NCBI GenBank assembly: GCA_964440805.1
Contig: CAYTTR010000004.1
Coordinates: 15,040 to 79,039 of the forward strand
Reading direction: 5' to 3'
DNA length: 64,000 nucleotides
Source: an uncultured Eubacteriales bacterium
Lineage (GTDB): Bacteria; Acidobacteriota; Aminicenantia; Aminicenantales; Aminicenantaceae
Shown here: piece by piece, positions 26,779 through 36,606 of the stretch
Position numbering within the stretch: position 1 is the stretch's first letter
How the letters are laid out: each line of letters begins with the position of its first letter
Notes under the pieces: model-generated
What the model saw: the letters and a program-made list of their open reading frames with translations, nothing else
Told to the model about the DNA's origin: nothing
Database searches by the model: none
Translations under genes and position numbers: made by a program

Positions 26779-28008
26779 TCAGCGGAAATATTTTATGATT
26801 TGTTTAAAAGTGTCGATGAATGCATCGATTTCAGTAAAAGTGTTATAGGCCGAAAAGGAAATTCTAAGTGAATCAGAAATCTTCCGGGAGTTATAAAAAG
26901 AATGGACACAGTGTTTGCCTGAGCGAACCATAATATTGCGGCTTTCATTGAGAATTTTGGCAGCATCACTGACATTCAGTCCATCCACAATGAAATTGAG
27001 GATGCTGTTTCTGGCTGAGTGATCCTGGGGGCCGAGGATGCTTACACCTGGAATTTGTTTGATCTTCTCAGTGGCAAGGTGATTGAGTTTTATCACCTGG
27101 TTGAGGATGGTAGTTTTCCCCACTTTTCTAATATAATCCACAGCGACACCAGCCCCAATGACTCCGGCGTAATCCTGAAGCCCGGCTTCGAATTTATCGG
27201 GGAGCCCGGCTAAGGTGGCTGAAGTGTGGGTAGTATCGACTACAGTTTCTCCACCGGTTAGAAACTGAGGGAGGCTTTCAAGAAGGGATTTTTTTCCGTA
27301 GAGAATACCGATTCCTGTGGGTCCCCACATTTTATGGACGGATAAAACCAGAAAGTCAACATCCCAAGCTCTGACATCGAGAGGATGAGACAGTGCGCTC
27401 TGGGCTGCATCGACACAAACCAAAGCACCGGCCTGGTGAGAGGCTTCGATAATGTCTCTTACAGGAAAAGCGACTCCGGTGAGATTGGAGTGAGAAAGGA
27501 TTGAAACCAGTTTGACCCGTGGAGCGAAGGAAGTCAATTTTTTTCTGAAATGATTCAGGTCAAAGGAAGTATCGGGCAGAGTGGAAATAATAATCCTTTG
27601 GATACCTTTCTTTTTTTCCACCGCCTGCCAGGGAAGAAGATTAGAGTTATGCTCTATGTCTGAGGAAAAAATGATATCGCCTTTGGCCAAAGGGAGAATG
27701 TGAGCCAGCAAGTTAAGGCCTTCGGTGGCGTTACGGAGAAAGATGATTTCGTCAGAGTGGGCAGCATTGAGAAATTTCTGGAATTTTTTTCTTGAATTTT
27801 CATATTTTTCTGTAGTTTCAGCTCCGAAATGATGATTGGTCCGGCCGTGACAACCGGGAAAGTTGAAGTAGTAATCTACAATGGCCTCAATCACAGACCG
27901 AGGTTTAAGAGTCATGCAGGCATTGTCAAGATAAATGACTGGTTTCTTGTTGATGATTCGGGACAGGGAGGGAAAATCTTCTCTAAGTTTGTCCAACTGA
28001 AAAGCCAT
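26779..28008 (-). CDS. cysteine desulfurase, SufS-like class V aminotransferase
   Basis: 409 aa with the PLP lysine context LSVHKMWGPTGIGILYG, the active-site Cys loop VRSGKHCVH and an N-terminal IYLDNA. Confidence 0.85.
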   Translation of the reverse strand: MAFQLDKLREDFPSLSRIINKKPVIYLDNACMTLKPRSVIEAIVDYYFNFPGCHGRTNHHFGAETTEKYENSRKKFQKFLNAAHSDEIIFLRNATEGLNLLAHILPLAKGDIIFSSDIEHNSNLLPWQAVEKKKGIQRIIISTLPDTSFDLNHFRKKLTSFAPRVKLVSILSHSNLTGVAFPVRDIIEASHQAGALVCVDAAQSALSHPLDVRAWDVDFLVLSVHKMWGPTGIGILYGKKSLLESLPQFLTGGETVVDTTHTSATLAGLPDKFEAGLQDYAGVIGAGVAVDYIRKVGKTTILNQVIKLNHLATEKIKQIPGVSILGPQDHSARNSILNFIVDGLNVSDAAKILNESRNIMVRSGKHCVHSFYNSRKISDSLRISFSAYNTFTEIDAFIDTFKQIIKYFR

Positions 28009-28486
28009 GTTTTTCCTTTGTCAAAATAAAATGAATTGTAACTGTAATGATTACCTTTGTCAATAAATACTATTATTACGATAAAATTACTTGACACACA
28101 TTTCCAAACTGCGGTTGGAACCGCTGTTCCTGAATAATCCGAGTCCGGGGAGAGGGCGGATATGCACCATGCCTTCCCATTCTTAACCTGACTTCAAAAT
28201 TAGGAAGAAATCGGGAAAATTAACCTTGACCTTTGTGTTAATTTTTCATAAATAAAAGAGATGAAACTACCTCTTCCGGCAGTTGATGAAGAAAACCTGC
28301 CAATTATGGTTAACGGATTGATGGATTATACTTATTCGGATATAATCACTCCATTAGTTAGTTTGTTTTCCATTTAATATATGGTAGAAGAATATTATAA
28401 CAACTCGGATACTCTTACAACCGGAGTTGCCGTAAGCCCAAATGAAAAGCAACAATTTTTTTGTTTTCAATGAGGAGGATTACTAA

Positions 28487-31400
28487 ATGAAAAAGAGATT
28501 GATTCCTTTTTTAGTCTTTTTTATTTTTTTACTCTTTTCTTTTCCAGCCGAAGCTGTGGACATAAATAATACATTAATGCTGACTCAACCTGCGGTGGGG
28601 CAAAATATGATTGCTTTCTCTTATGCCAATGATCTCTGGACAGCTGATCTCCAGGGGCAGAATGTCCGCCGGTTGACTTCTCATTCCGGAGAAGAATCCA
28701 ATCCTGTTTTCTCGCCCGACGGTAAATGGATTGCTTTCAGTGGACAGTATGACGGCAACACCGATGTTTATCTTGTCCCGGCTGAGGGAGGGATCCCCAA
28801 AAGGCTCACTTGGCATCCGGGCGAGGATATTGTCAGGGGTTTTACCCCGGACGGTTCAGCCGTTGTCTTCATGTCCTCCCGCCATTCATTCACCAGAGCC
28901 AGAAGCCGTTTATTTACTGTTTCTGTGGACGGAGGCATGCCCCAGCCCTTGGTGATTCCGTATGCTCATAAAGCATCCTATTCTCCGGATGGGACAAAGA
29001 TGGCCTACACTCCCTTTGGAGAAGCTTTTCAACAGTGGAAGAATTACCGGGGAGGAACGGTTTCCCGGGTCTGGATTTTTAATTTCAATGACAACTCAAT
29101 TGAAAAAATCCCTCAACCGGAAGGACGCTGCAACGACACTGATCCTATGTGGCTGGGCGATAAAATTTACTTTCGTTCAGATAGAAACGGTGAGTTTAAC
29201 CTTTTTTCCTTTGACCCCGGTACCCGGGAAATTCGCCAGTTGACCCAGCATGATGATTTTCCTGTTGTTAGTGCTTCGGCTGGAGGAGGAAAGATTATCC
29301 ATGAGCAGGCCGGGCAGCTCCATCTCTTTGACCCGGCCAAGGAGACTACAGCTTCTCTAACTATAGGCGTTGCAGCTGACCTCCTTGAGCTCCGGCCCCG
29401 TTATGTTAAGGGAGAGCGTTATATCCGCCATGCTGATATTTCTCCTTCAGGAGCCAGGGCTGTTTTTGAATTCAGGGGGGAGGTAGTTACTTTGCCGGCT
29501 GAAAAAGGAGACTTCAGGAATTTGACCGGTACCCCGGGGGTTCATGAAAGGGAGCCTGTTTGGTCGCCGGACGGCAAAAAAATAGCTTATTTCTCAGATG
29601 AATCGGGTGAATATGCTCTTCATGTGTTTTCCAGAGACAAAGAGGAAGTAAGGAAATTCGAGCTTCCCGGCGCCGGCTTTTATGAGAGATTAGTCTGGTC
29701 ACCGGACAGTAAGAAATTAACTTATACAGATAATTCCTGGAGTCTTTTCTGGATTGACCCCGAGACTGGAATTTCAGAAAAAATAGGTCAGGAATACCTC
29801 TACGGTCCATCCGGACTTAAAACATTGAAGGGCGTCTGGTCGCCTGATTCCCGCTGGATTGCTTATACCTTAAACACCAGGGCTTATATTCAGCGGGTTT
29901 ATGTTTATTCGCTGGAAGAGAAGAAATCCTACCCTATAACCGACGGATTGAGTGAAGTAAGTGAACCTGAATTCGACAGCAGCGGAAAATACCTCTATTT
30001 CTTTGCCTCCACTGATGCCGGTCCGGTTAAACACTGGTTCGCCATGTCCAGTGCTGACATGGAAATGAATCAGGCCCTTTATTTAGCTGTTCTGCAAAAA
30101 GGAACACCTTCTCCTCTGGCCAAGGAAAGCGATGAAGAGAAGCTTGAAGAAGAAGGAAAAGAAGAAGCAGAAAAAGGTGCCGGCGAAAAAGCTGAGAAAA
30201 CTTCAGAAGATTCTCAAGTCAAGATTGATTTTGAAGATTTAAACGAAAGAATAGTCTCTTTCCCCATTGAATCGGCCGGTTATTTCAATCTTCAGGTTGG
30301 CGGTGAAGGTCAGATATATTACTTGGAAGTTCTTCCCGGAAGCCGCGGTTTTGGGCAAGAAAGGTCAAAACTTCATCTTTTCGACCTAAAAAAACGGCAG
30401 GATGAGGTGCTTATTTCTGGAATCAATAATTACAAAATCTCTGCTGATAATAAAAAAATCCTATATTTATCACGAAACCTATGGGGGATAGTTGATGCCG
30501 GGAAAAAAGTTAATCCAGGAGAGGGGAAGCTAAATGTTGATTCCATCGAGGCCCGCATTAATCCTGCAAAAGAATGGCAACAGATTTTTGATGAAGCCTG
30601 GAGGATAAACCGTGATTATTTTTATGATCCCGCTATGCATGGAGTTGACTGGGAAAAAATGCGGGAGAAATACAGCTATTTCCTCTCTCATCTTTCCTGC
30701 CGCCAGGATCTTTCCCGGGTAATCCAATGGATGTGCCGCGAATTGAGGGTCGGTCATCACAGAACAGGTGGTGGAGATACTCTGGTGGAGGCAAAACGTA
30801 TTCCCGTGGGATTGCTGGGAGCCGATTATTCCGTTGAAAACAACCGTTTCAGATTCAAGAAGGTTTACGGCGGTCTTAATTGGAATCCGGAACTCCGGTC
30901 ACCCTTGACGGAACCGGGAGTAGAAGTTAAAGAAAGAGAATATTTGCTGGCGGTAAACGGCGAGGATGTTAAGTTCCCGGCAAATTTATATCAATATTTC
31001 GATAACACAGCCAGCCGGCTTATCGAGATTACAGTCGGCCCCTCGCCGGATGGAAAAGGAGCCCGTACTGTCCAGGTGGTTCCTCTTCCCAATGAATATA
31101 ACCTGAGAAACCGTGATTGGGTGGAAGGTAACATTGAGAAGATCAACAAAGCCACTGACGGAAAAGTAGCCTATGTCTATGTGCCCAATACAACCACTTT
31201 GGGCCATACTTACTTTAAAAGATATTTCTTCCCCCAATCACATAAGGATGCCATAATTGTTGATGAGCGTTTTAACGGAGGAGGACAGGTAGCTGATTAC
31301 TATATAGATATTCTCCGGCGTCCCTTTGTCTGTATGTGGAATATGCGCTATGGAGCTGATCTTAAAACACCCAGTGCTTCAATCCAGGGGCCTAAAGTTA

Positions 31401-31768
31401 TGCTCATCAATGAATCTGCTGGTTCGGGCGGGGATTTGCTTCCCTGGATGTTCCGCAAGTTTGAGGTGGGAACGCTTATCGGAACCAGGACCTGGGGCGG
31501 TCTGGTGGGAACATTGGGCTTTCCTTTATTAATGGACGGAGGCTATGTCACCGCACCCAATCTTGCCATCTGGACCGAAGACGGTTGGGTGGTAGAAAAT
31601 GAAGGAGTTCCCCCGGATATTGAAGTGGAACAGATTCCGGCTGAAGTTATTGACGGTCATGATCCCCAACTGGAAAGAGCTATTCAGGTTGTTTTGGAAG
31701 AACTGGAAAAGAATCCTCCCCGAAGGCTGGTCCGGCCTCCCTACCCGGATAAGGTAAAGAGGAAATAG
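28487..31768 (+). CDS. tricorn-type protease (beta-propellers + PDZ + S41 peptidase domain), secreted
   Basis: 1093 aa with a signal peptide. It has repeated TolB-like blades (PVFSPDGKWIAFS, ASYSPDGTKMAY, PVWSPDGKKIAYF, LVWSPDSKKLTY, GVWSPDSRWIAY), an acidic linker and a C-terminal S41 region INESAGSGGD. Confidence 0.85.
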   Translation: MKKRLIPFLVFFIFLLFSFPAEAVDINNTLMLTQPAVGQNMIAFSYANDLWTADLQGQNVRRLTSHSGEESNPVFSPDGKWIAFSGQYDGNTDVYLVPAEGGIPKRLTWHPGEDIVRGFTPDGSAVVFMSSRHSFTRARSRLFTVSVDGGMPQPLVIPYAHKASYSPDGTKMAYTPFGEAFQQWKNYRGGTVSRVWIFNFNDNSIEKIPQPEGRCNDTDPMWLGDKIYFRSDRNGEFNLFSFDPGTREIRQLTQHDDFPVVSASAGGGKIIHEQAGQLHLFDPAKETTASLTIGVAADLLELRPRYVKGERYIRHADISPSGARAVFEFRGEVVTLPAEKGDFRNLTGTPGVHEREPVWSPDGKKIAYFSDESGEYALHVFSRDKEEVRKFELPGAGFYERLVWSPDSKKLTYTDNSWSLFWIDPETGISEKIGQEYLYGPSGLKTLKGVWSPDSRWIAYTLNTRAYIQRVYVYSLEEKKSYPITDGLSEVSEPEFDSSGKYLYFFASTDAGPVKHWFAMSSADMEMNQALYLAVLQKGTPSPLAKESDEEKLEEEGKEEAEKGAGEKAEKTSEDSQVKIDFEDLNERIVSFPIESAGYFNLQVGGEGQIYYLEVLPGSRGFGQERSKLHLFDLKKRQDEVLISGINNYKISADNKKILYLSRNLWGIVDAGKKVNPGEGKLNVDSIEARINPAKEWQQIFDEAWRINRDYFYDPAMHGVDWEKMREKYSYFLSHLSCRQDLSRVIQWMCRELRVGHHRTGGGDTLVEAKRIPVGLLGADYSVENNRFRFKKVYGGLNWNPELRSPLTEPGVEVKEREYLLAVNGEDVKFPANLYQYFDNTASRLIEITVGPSPDGKGARTVQVVPLPNEYNLRNRDWVEGNIEKINKATDGKVAYVYVPNTTTLGHTYFKRYFFPQSHKDAIIVDERFNGGGQVADYYIDILRRPFVCMWNMRYGADLKTPSASIQGPKVMLINESAGSGGDLLPWMFRKFEVGTLIGTRTWGGLVGTLGFPLLMDGGYVTAPNLAIWTEDGWVVENEGVPPDIEVEQIPAEVIDGHDPQLERAIQVVLEELEKNPPRRLVRPPYPDKVKRK

Positions 31769-32034
31769 AAAAAAACTTTAATGAATAGCTGATTTAAGCA
31801 TAAATGATTTTTTGCCGGTTATCGGCAATTGATTAGGCCTGTCTTTTTTGGACAGTTTTATGTTGTGGATAATTTACTTCAGGTGATTTCTTTTTTTGAT
31901 GAGGAAACCGTCCGGCGGTGAAGGCCGGTTATTGAGGCAGGAAAAATGGCGGGAGTGATTATGATGAAATCACTTAAATCCTTCACTTTCCGGACGGTTT
32001 TATATATAAAGAAGGATCTCTTTTTTCTTTATAA

Positions 32035-33780
32035 TTAGTTTGTAATATTCTCCAGGATTTTTTCTGCCGCCCTCTTAACAGCAACAGATAAGTTTTTACC
32101 TTCCTCGAGTGTTTCCGGCTGTATGCCTAAAACATAAGTGTTTTTCATCTGGGCATAACTCATTTCGCCACATAAAAACGGACTAAACTTGTGGCTGAGA
32201 GAAGCGTTGTGCAGAACGCTAAGAAGGGGGATAAGAGAGACTTTCCCTGCTTTTGCTTTAAAGTCAACCGCATCCACAAAGATGACCGGCCGGTCTTTAC
32301 TGTTTCCGGAAAAAATTTCCCTGCCTTCAAGCTCTTTTTCCAGAAGGCTTTCTTTTCCTCCTTTCCTTAATTCATCAGCCAGAAAAATTCCGACGCCGTC
32401 ATCCGATCTCTCCGGATTGCCGATGCCGATAAAGAGAAGTTCCTCATCAGCCTGCAGTTCCTGAAGCCTTAGCTGCCAGTCGTTTTCTTCACCTTTTTTA
32501 ACTTCAGCCATGTGAACAGAGCAGCTAATGCAGGGATCGTAAGCTCTTACCAGAATATCCAAACGGTCCCGGATGGCATCTCCCTGACCTTTATCAAGGA
32601 GTGTCTGGGCTGCAATCAAGCCGTATCTTTCAATCTCTTCAGCGTTCTGGGCGGTGGGAGTTATGATATCGGCATAATCAACTACTCCGTCTTTAATCCG
32701 GTAATGATGAATAAGCAGCCCGCGGGGAGCTTCAACCAGGCCGGTGCCTTTACCTTCTTTATTTTCATAAGAAACTATGGCAGGATTTTCGCTTATGGCA
32801 AGGAGTTCATCGATGATTTCCTGGGTTCTTTCGAAAGCATAGACTATTTCCAGAGCCTGGGCAGCATTATTATAGAGTGGGTTGCGCTTCCAGTGCCGGT
32901 TGAAATACTTGCGGAACATTTCTCCTGCTTGTTTTTCCAACCGTTCTCCCAGGTTATTGACTCTGGCCAAGGCTCCCACTGAATAAGGTTTGTCATTATA
33001 ACGGCTTCTCTTGCAAAAGGAGTGAGAAACCACAAACTCGTTGGTAAGGTTCCGGTAGTCCTCGCGAAAGATTCTGTCGCCTGTGGAAAGAATTATTTCT
33101 TCTCCGGCAAAACCGTATTTTTCATCAGCCGGGTTGCAGCAGGCATAAATAGTATCATCCTCAGGGATATCCGGATAGTCTATGGTGCAGAAGAGGTCAA
33201 CAGTCTTCATCACAAAAGGCATAAACTGAAGCGCCCTGTTCTTGATCCAGGTAAGCTCGTCCCGGGCAGGCCATTGGCCGAAACCGCCGATTACTGGATT
33301 TTCTCCGTGGATAAAGCGGCCGCTTAAGGTTTTCATAATATGATTACCGAAATTTTTCATTTCCAGGGCTATCTTGACTTCAAATTCGTACTTGGAGGCC
33401 ATGGCAACAGCATTGGGGAAACCGAGGTAGTCAGGTAAGGCTAAGTAGAATGTGTGGAGTGAATGGCTCTCGATCATTTCTCCCATATGCGTCAATTCCC
33501 TGAGGAGCTGGACTTTTCGGGGAACTTTCACCTTGAGTGTATTTTCCATGGCCCTGATGGCGGCTATCTTGTGAGAGATAGAGCAGATGGCACAGATACG
33601 GGGAGCGAGACTGACGTCTTCCTCCGGGGTGCGGCCCAGAACCAGACGTTCAACGAGCCGCGGGCCTTCATTGATGATGAACTTAACATCTGTCACTACG
33701 TTTCCGTCTATAGTTGCTTCTATGCCACCGTTTCCTTCAACCCTTGGTAATTGTTCTATGGTTACCTTTTTCATTTTCAC
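32035..33780 (-). CDS. hydA: group-3b [NiFe]-hydrogenase large subunit (sulfhydrogenase alpha) fused to a maturation endopeptidase domain
   Basis: 581 aa. The N-terminal Ni-binding motif RICAICSISH and the C-terminal DPCISCSVH (His423) are present. A further 158 residues follow in frame, containing LFIGIGNPERSDDGVG, VIFVDAVD and SLSHKF. Confidence 0.85.
   Translation of the reverse strand: MKMKKVTIEQLPRVEGNGGIEATIDGNVVTDVKFIINEGPRLVERLVLGRTPEEDVSLAPRICAICSISHKIAAIRAMENTLKVKVPRKVQLLRELTHMGEMIESHSLHTFYLALPDYLGFPNAVAMASKYEFEVKIALEMKNFGNHIMKTLSGRFIHGENPVIGGFGQWPARDELTWIKNRALQFMPFVMKTVDLFCTIDYPDIPEDDTIYACCNPADEKYGFAGEEIILSTGDRIFREDYRNLTNEFVVSHSFCKRSRYNDKPYSVGALARVNNLGERLEKQAGEMFRKYFNRHWKRNPLYNNAAQALEIVYAFERTQEIIDELLAISENPAIVSYENKEGKGTGLVEAPRGLLIHHYRIKDGVVDYADIITPTAQNAEEIERYGLIAAQTLLDKGQGDAIRDRLDILVRAYDPCISCSVHMAEVKKGEENDWQLRLQELQADEELLFIGIGNPERSDDGVGIFLADELRKGGKESLLEKELEGREIFSGNSKDRPVIFVDAVDFKAKAGKVSLIPLLSVLHNASLSHKFSPFLCGEMSYAQMKNTYVLGIQPETLEEGKNLSVAVKRAAEKILENITN
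32038..32511 (-). other. in-frame C-terminal extension of HydA: hydrogenase maturation endopeptidase-like domain
   Basis: Residues 424-581 carry the GxGNxxxxDDGxG signature and Asp/His positions paralleling the stand-alone protease at 23711-24193 (LGLGNELYGDDGVG / IIIDTV / SPHYISF). Confidence 0.7.
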
Positions 33781-34556
33781 TTGCTCCCTTTGAGAAGTTC
33801 GAAAACTTCGGCTATTTTGGTTCCTGAATAGTTGGCCATCTTTTTCTTAATGAGCTCGATGTCGAATCCTTTATCCTTGAGAAGGTAGTATTCTGAGGTC
33901 CAGTTGGCTCCCTCAACCGGTCCCCAGCAGCCAACGCAAGGAAGATTATGGCTTGGACAAACGGCACTGCAACCGTCTTCTGTCAAGGGACCAAGGCAGA
34001 GGATGCCCTTTTTTAAAAGGCAATCATTCTCTTTGTATTTACAGGTGATACAAACTGGTTGAGGATAATGTTCCGGAGGATTGCCCCGGACTACCCGGGT
34101 GAAAAAATGGAGGAATTGTTCCTTACCTATGGGGCACCCTGGAAGATAGTAATCTACTTTAATATAAGCATCAATGGGTTTAGACTGAACCGGGCTGGTA
34201 TGAGCCATCCGGGTATCTCCATAAACATTTTTGTAATTTTCACTCCATTCATCTTTTTTTAGGAAACGGGCTTGAATTCCACCTACTGTGGCGCAGAGGC
34301 CGATAGCAACCACTATTTTGGCTCTTTCCCGGATTTCTTTAAGCTCTTCGATTTCTCTTTCTGTTGAGACCGATCCTTCAATAAGAGCTACATCCAGTTC
34401 GCCCTCAATGTTGTCGCTTTTTGCCATGAGGAAGGATTGGATGTCAACCGCCTGGAAGATATCCAGGAGTTCTTTTTCACAGTCCAGGATCAACAGGGCG
34501 TCTCCGGCACATCCGGTCAGTTCGTATATTCCTATTTTCAGTTTGTTCTCTTTCAT
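33777..34556 (-). CDS. hydD: group-3b [NiFe]-hydrogenase small subunit (sulfhydrogenase delta)
   Basis: ATG 34556 follows AAGGGGG and begins MKENKLKIGIYELTGCAGD. Fe-S cysteines (GLCATVGG, YYLPGCP, CVGCWGP) are present. The track ORF is 5'-overextended into hydG. Confidence 0.85.
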   Translation of the reverse strand: MKENKLKIGIYELTGCAGDALLILDCEKELLDIFQAVDIQSFLMAKSDNIEGELDVALIEGSVSTEREIEELKEIRERAKIVVAIGLCATVGGIQARFLKKDEWSENYKNVYGDTRMAHTSPVQSKPIDAYIKVDYYLPGCPIGKEQFLHFFTRVVRGNPPEHYPQPVCITCKYKENDCLLKKGILCLGPLTEDGCSAVCPSHNLPCVGCWGPVEGANWTSEYYLLKDKGFDIELIKKKMANYSGTKIAEVFELLKGSK

Positions 34557-34566
34557 TTTTTCCCCC

Positions 34567-35427
34567 TTAGATAAGCTCCCGCATATGGAGGACATCCCAA
34601 TAGGTAAAGACTGGTCCGTCAAGGCAGGTATAAATATAGTCAATAGCACAGTGGCCGCATTTTCCTACTCCGCATTTCATTCGTCTTTCCAGGGTCATTA
34701 AAATTTGGTCTTTGGGGATGTTCAGTTTAATGAATTCGTTAATGACAAACTTGTACATAACCGGCGGGCCGCAGACCAGGGCTACAGTGTTGGCCGGATC
34801 GATGTTTTTCAATTTGGGGAATAGAGTGGTTACCACTCCGGTGTTTTCTGTCCATTTTCCGGTATCATCTGCATCCACGGTGAGATAGCATTCAAGATCA
34901 TCCCTGTTTTTAAGAGAAAGAAATTCCTCGCGGAAAATCATCTCCACAGGTCTTTTGGCTCCGTGAAGCAGAATTACCCGCCTGAAGAGATCCCGGTTAT
35001 CTAAGCTATAGAAAAGAACCGAGCGGAGCGGAGCCACTCCCAGTCCGCCCATGACAATGAGCACATCCTTGCCTTTCATCTTTTCTACCGGAAAACCATC
35101 CCCATAAGGACCGCGCAGCCCGATTAAATCGTTTTCTTTCAACCTGAAGATGGCATTGGTTAATGTGCCTACCTTACGGATGCAGAATTCAAGAAGGCCG
35201 GGGCGAGAGGGGGTAGAAGAGATAGAGAAGGGAGCTTCGCCAGCACCGAGTACTGAAATCATGGCAAATTGGCCGGGCCTGTAACGGAAAGAAAGAGCCT
35301 TTTCCATGTCCACCAGTCGCACCTGGAAGAACTTAACGTCTTCTGTCAAATTATAGAGGCGGACAATCCGTGCTGCCTCAGGGAGGAAAGGATTGGTCCT
35401 ATTAATAGATTTATTTTCGCCGTTCAT
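34567..35427 (-). CDS. hydG: sulfhydrogenase gamma subunit (FAD/NAD(P)-binding, 2Fe-2S)
   Basis: 286 aa with ferredoxin-reductase-type RPGQFAMIS, GGLGVAP and the C-terminal cluster CGVGKCGHCAIDYIYTCLDGPVF. Confidence 0.85.
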   Translation of the reverse strand: MNGENKSINRTNPFLPEAARIVRLYNLTEDVKFFQVRLVDMEKALSFRYRPGQFAMISVLGAGEAPFSISSTPSRPGLLEFCIRKVGTLTNAIFRLKENDLIGLRGPYGDGFPVEKMKGKDVLIVMGGLGVAPLRSVLFYSLDNRDLFRRVILLHGAKRPVEMIFREEFLSLKNRDDLECYLTVDADDTGKWTENTGVVTTLFPKLKNIDPANTVALVCGPPVMYKFVINEFIKLNIPKDQILMTLERRMKCGVGKCGHCAIDYIYTCLDGPVFTYWDVLHMRELI

Positions 35428-36485
35428 TTTGTCACCTCTTTGGCCAGCCGGTTCCAGAAGGCCTCTACTTCTTCACCTTCCAGGGCGTGAGAAACTGTTT
35501 TTACATTGATATCCACCGGACAAGTGGTTACACAGCGGCCGCAACCCACACAGGCAGGTTTGCCGTATTTAGATATGTACGCCTGTAGTTTATGGGTGTA
35601 GTAGAGTTTGAGTCTTTGAGAGCGTTTCTCCCGGAAGTTTTCTCCTCCGGCTACTGCGGAGTAATTTTCCAGAGTACAGGCGTCCCAGCAGCGGCGAATT
35701 TCTGAAGTTTGCTTGCCCAGCAGCGGATGGTCTGTCATGTTGTAGCAGTTGCAGGTAGGGCAGACCATGCTGCAGGAACCGCAAGCTAAGCAGGCCTCTC
35801 CAAGTTTCTCCCATAGAGGATGATTGTAGCGTAGTTCTATTAAATCCGGCATGGCTACAAAGTCTATCTGTGCCTGAAAGGCTTTGTCACGCTCCTCGCG
35901 CCAGCGGATGTATTGCTGAATTTCATTTTCGCTGATTTCTTCTTCGAAGACGTCCGGTATTAGCCGGAGGGAGTCGTCTCCTTTACTTGAGCCGATCCAA
36001 ACTAAGTAGTAGGCATCGATTTCCGAGAAAAAGAGATCATACCCTTCTTCTACTATGTGGGTATGAGTTGATTTGCACAGACAGTGCTCATCAGGCCAAC
36101 ACGAATGCCCGAAAATAAGAGTGTTTTGACGGGCTTTCAAATAATAAGGATCTTCAAAGACTTGCTCGTGAAATCTGTTAAGAATGAGGAGTCCGTGGAT
36201 ATCACAGGGGTGAATACCGAAGATAACTTTCCGGCTGACATGAGAGAAATCTTCTTTATAACTTTGAGGGGTGGCTTCAAACATTTTGAACTGGGGCGGA
36301 ATGAACAATTTTTTGGGCGGCAGGATGGTTCGGTTGTAATCGAGATCAATTTGCGAAAAATCATCAATATACTGGAAGGCGTGCTTGTTCTCTCCTTTTT
36401 TGACTGGAGCGAAAAGCTCGACTTCTTTAGAGACCGCTTCCAGGAATAATGGAAGTTTTTCCTTCTTGAGTTTGACGACTTTCAT
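35424..36485 (-). CDS. hydB: sulfhydrogenase beta subunit (AsrA-like 4Fe-4S protein)
   Basis: 353 aa with CLACGSCSMVCPTCNC and CVGCGRCVTTCP. The gene order B-G-D-A is as in the Pyrococcus-type sulfhydrogenase. Confidence 0.8.
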   Translation of the reverse strand: MKVVKLKKEKLPLFLEAVSKEVELFAPVKKGENKHAFQYIDDFSQIDLDYNRTILPPKKLFIPPQFKMFEATPQSYKEDFSHVSRKVIFGIHPCDIHGLLILNRFHEQVFEDPYYLKARQNTLIFGHSCWPDEHCLCKSTHTHIVEEGYDLFFSEIDAYYLVWIGSSKGDDSLRLIPDVFEEEISENEIQQYIRWREERDKAFQAQIDFVAMPDLIELRYNHPLWEKLGEACLACGSCSMVCPTCNCYNMTDHPLLGKQTSEIRRCWDACTLENYSAVAGGENFREKRSQRLKLYYTHKLQAYISKYGKPACVGCGRCVTTCPVDINVKTVSHALEGEEVEAFWNRLAKEVTK

Positions 36486-36581
36486 GATTAATTCCTTATC
36501 TTACTTAATTTATTTAGCCAAAAGGATCGCTCTTGTGCCTTAGGACAAAAGCAATCCTCTTTCTTAGACAAAATATTAATA

Positions 36582-36597
36582 AGCAAAATTTGTGCCT
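36582..36597 (-). promoter_or_regulatory. sigma-54 (-24/-12) promoter of hydBGDA
   Basis: The minus strand reads AGGCACaaattTTGCT with correct GG-N10-GC spacing. It lies ~95 nt upstream of the hydB ATG and immediately downstream of the NtrC-type gene. Confidence 0.6.
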
Positions 36598-36606
36598 TAT
36601 CAATAC

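Noticed and set aside
28009-28486. The 480-nt divergent intergenic region between sufS-like and the tricorn protease could hold a riboswitch or sRNA.
   Set aside because: Only short, unconvincing hairpins (gcggttGGaaccgc) are present, with no recognisable riboswitch core. There is not enough evidence to call anything.
33777-34649. The 290-aa version of the hydrogenase small-subunit ORF, overlapping hydG.
   Set aside because: An internal ATG at 34556 has a strong SD (AAGGGGG) and gives the canonical N-terminus, whereas the upstream extension is antisense-like filler.
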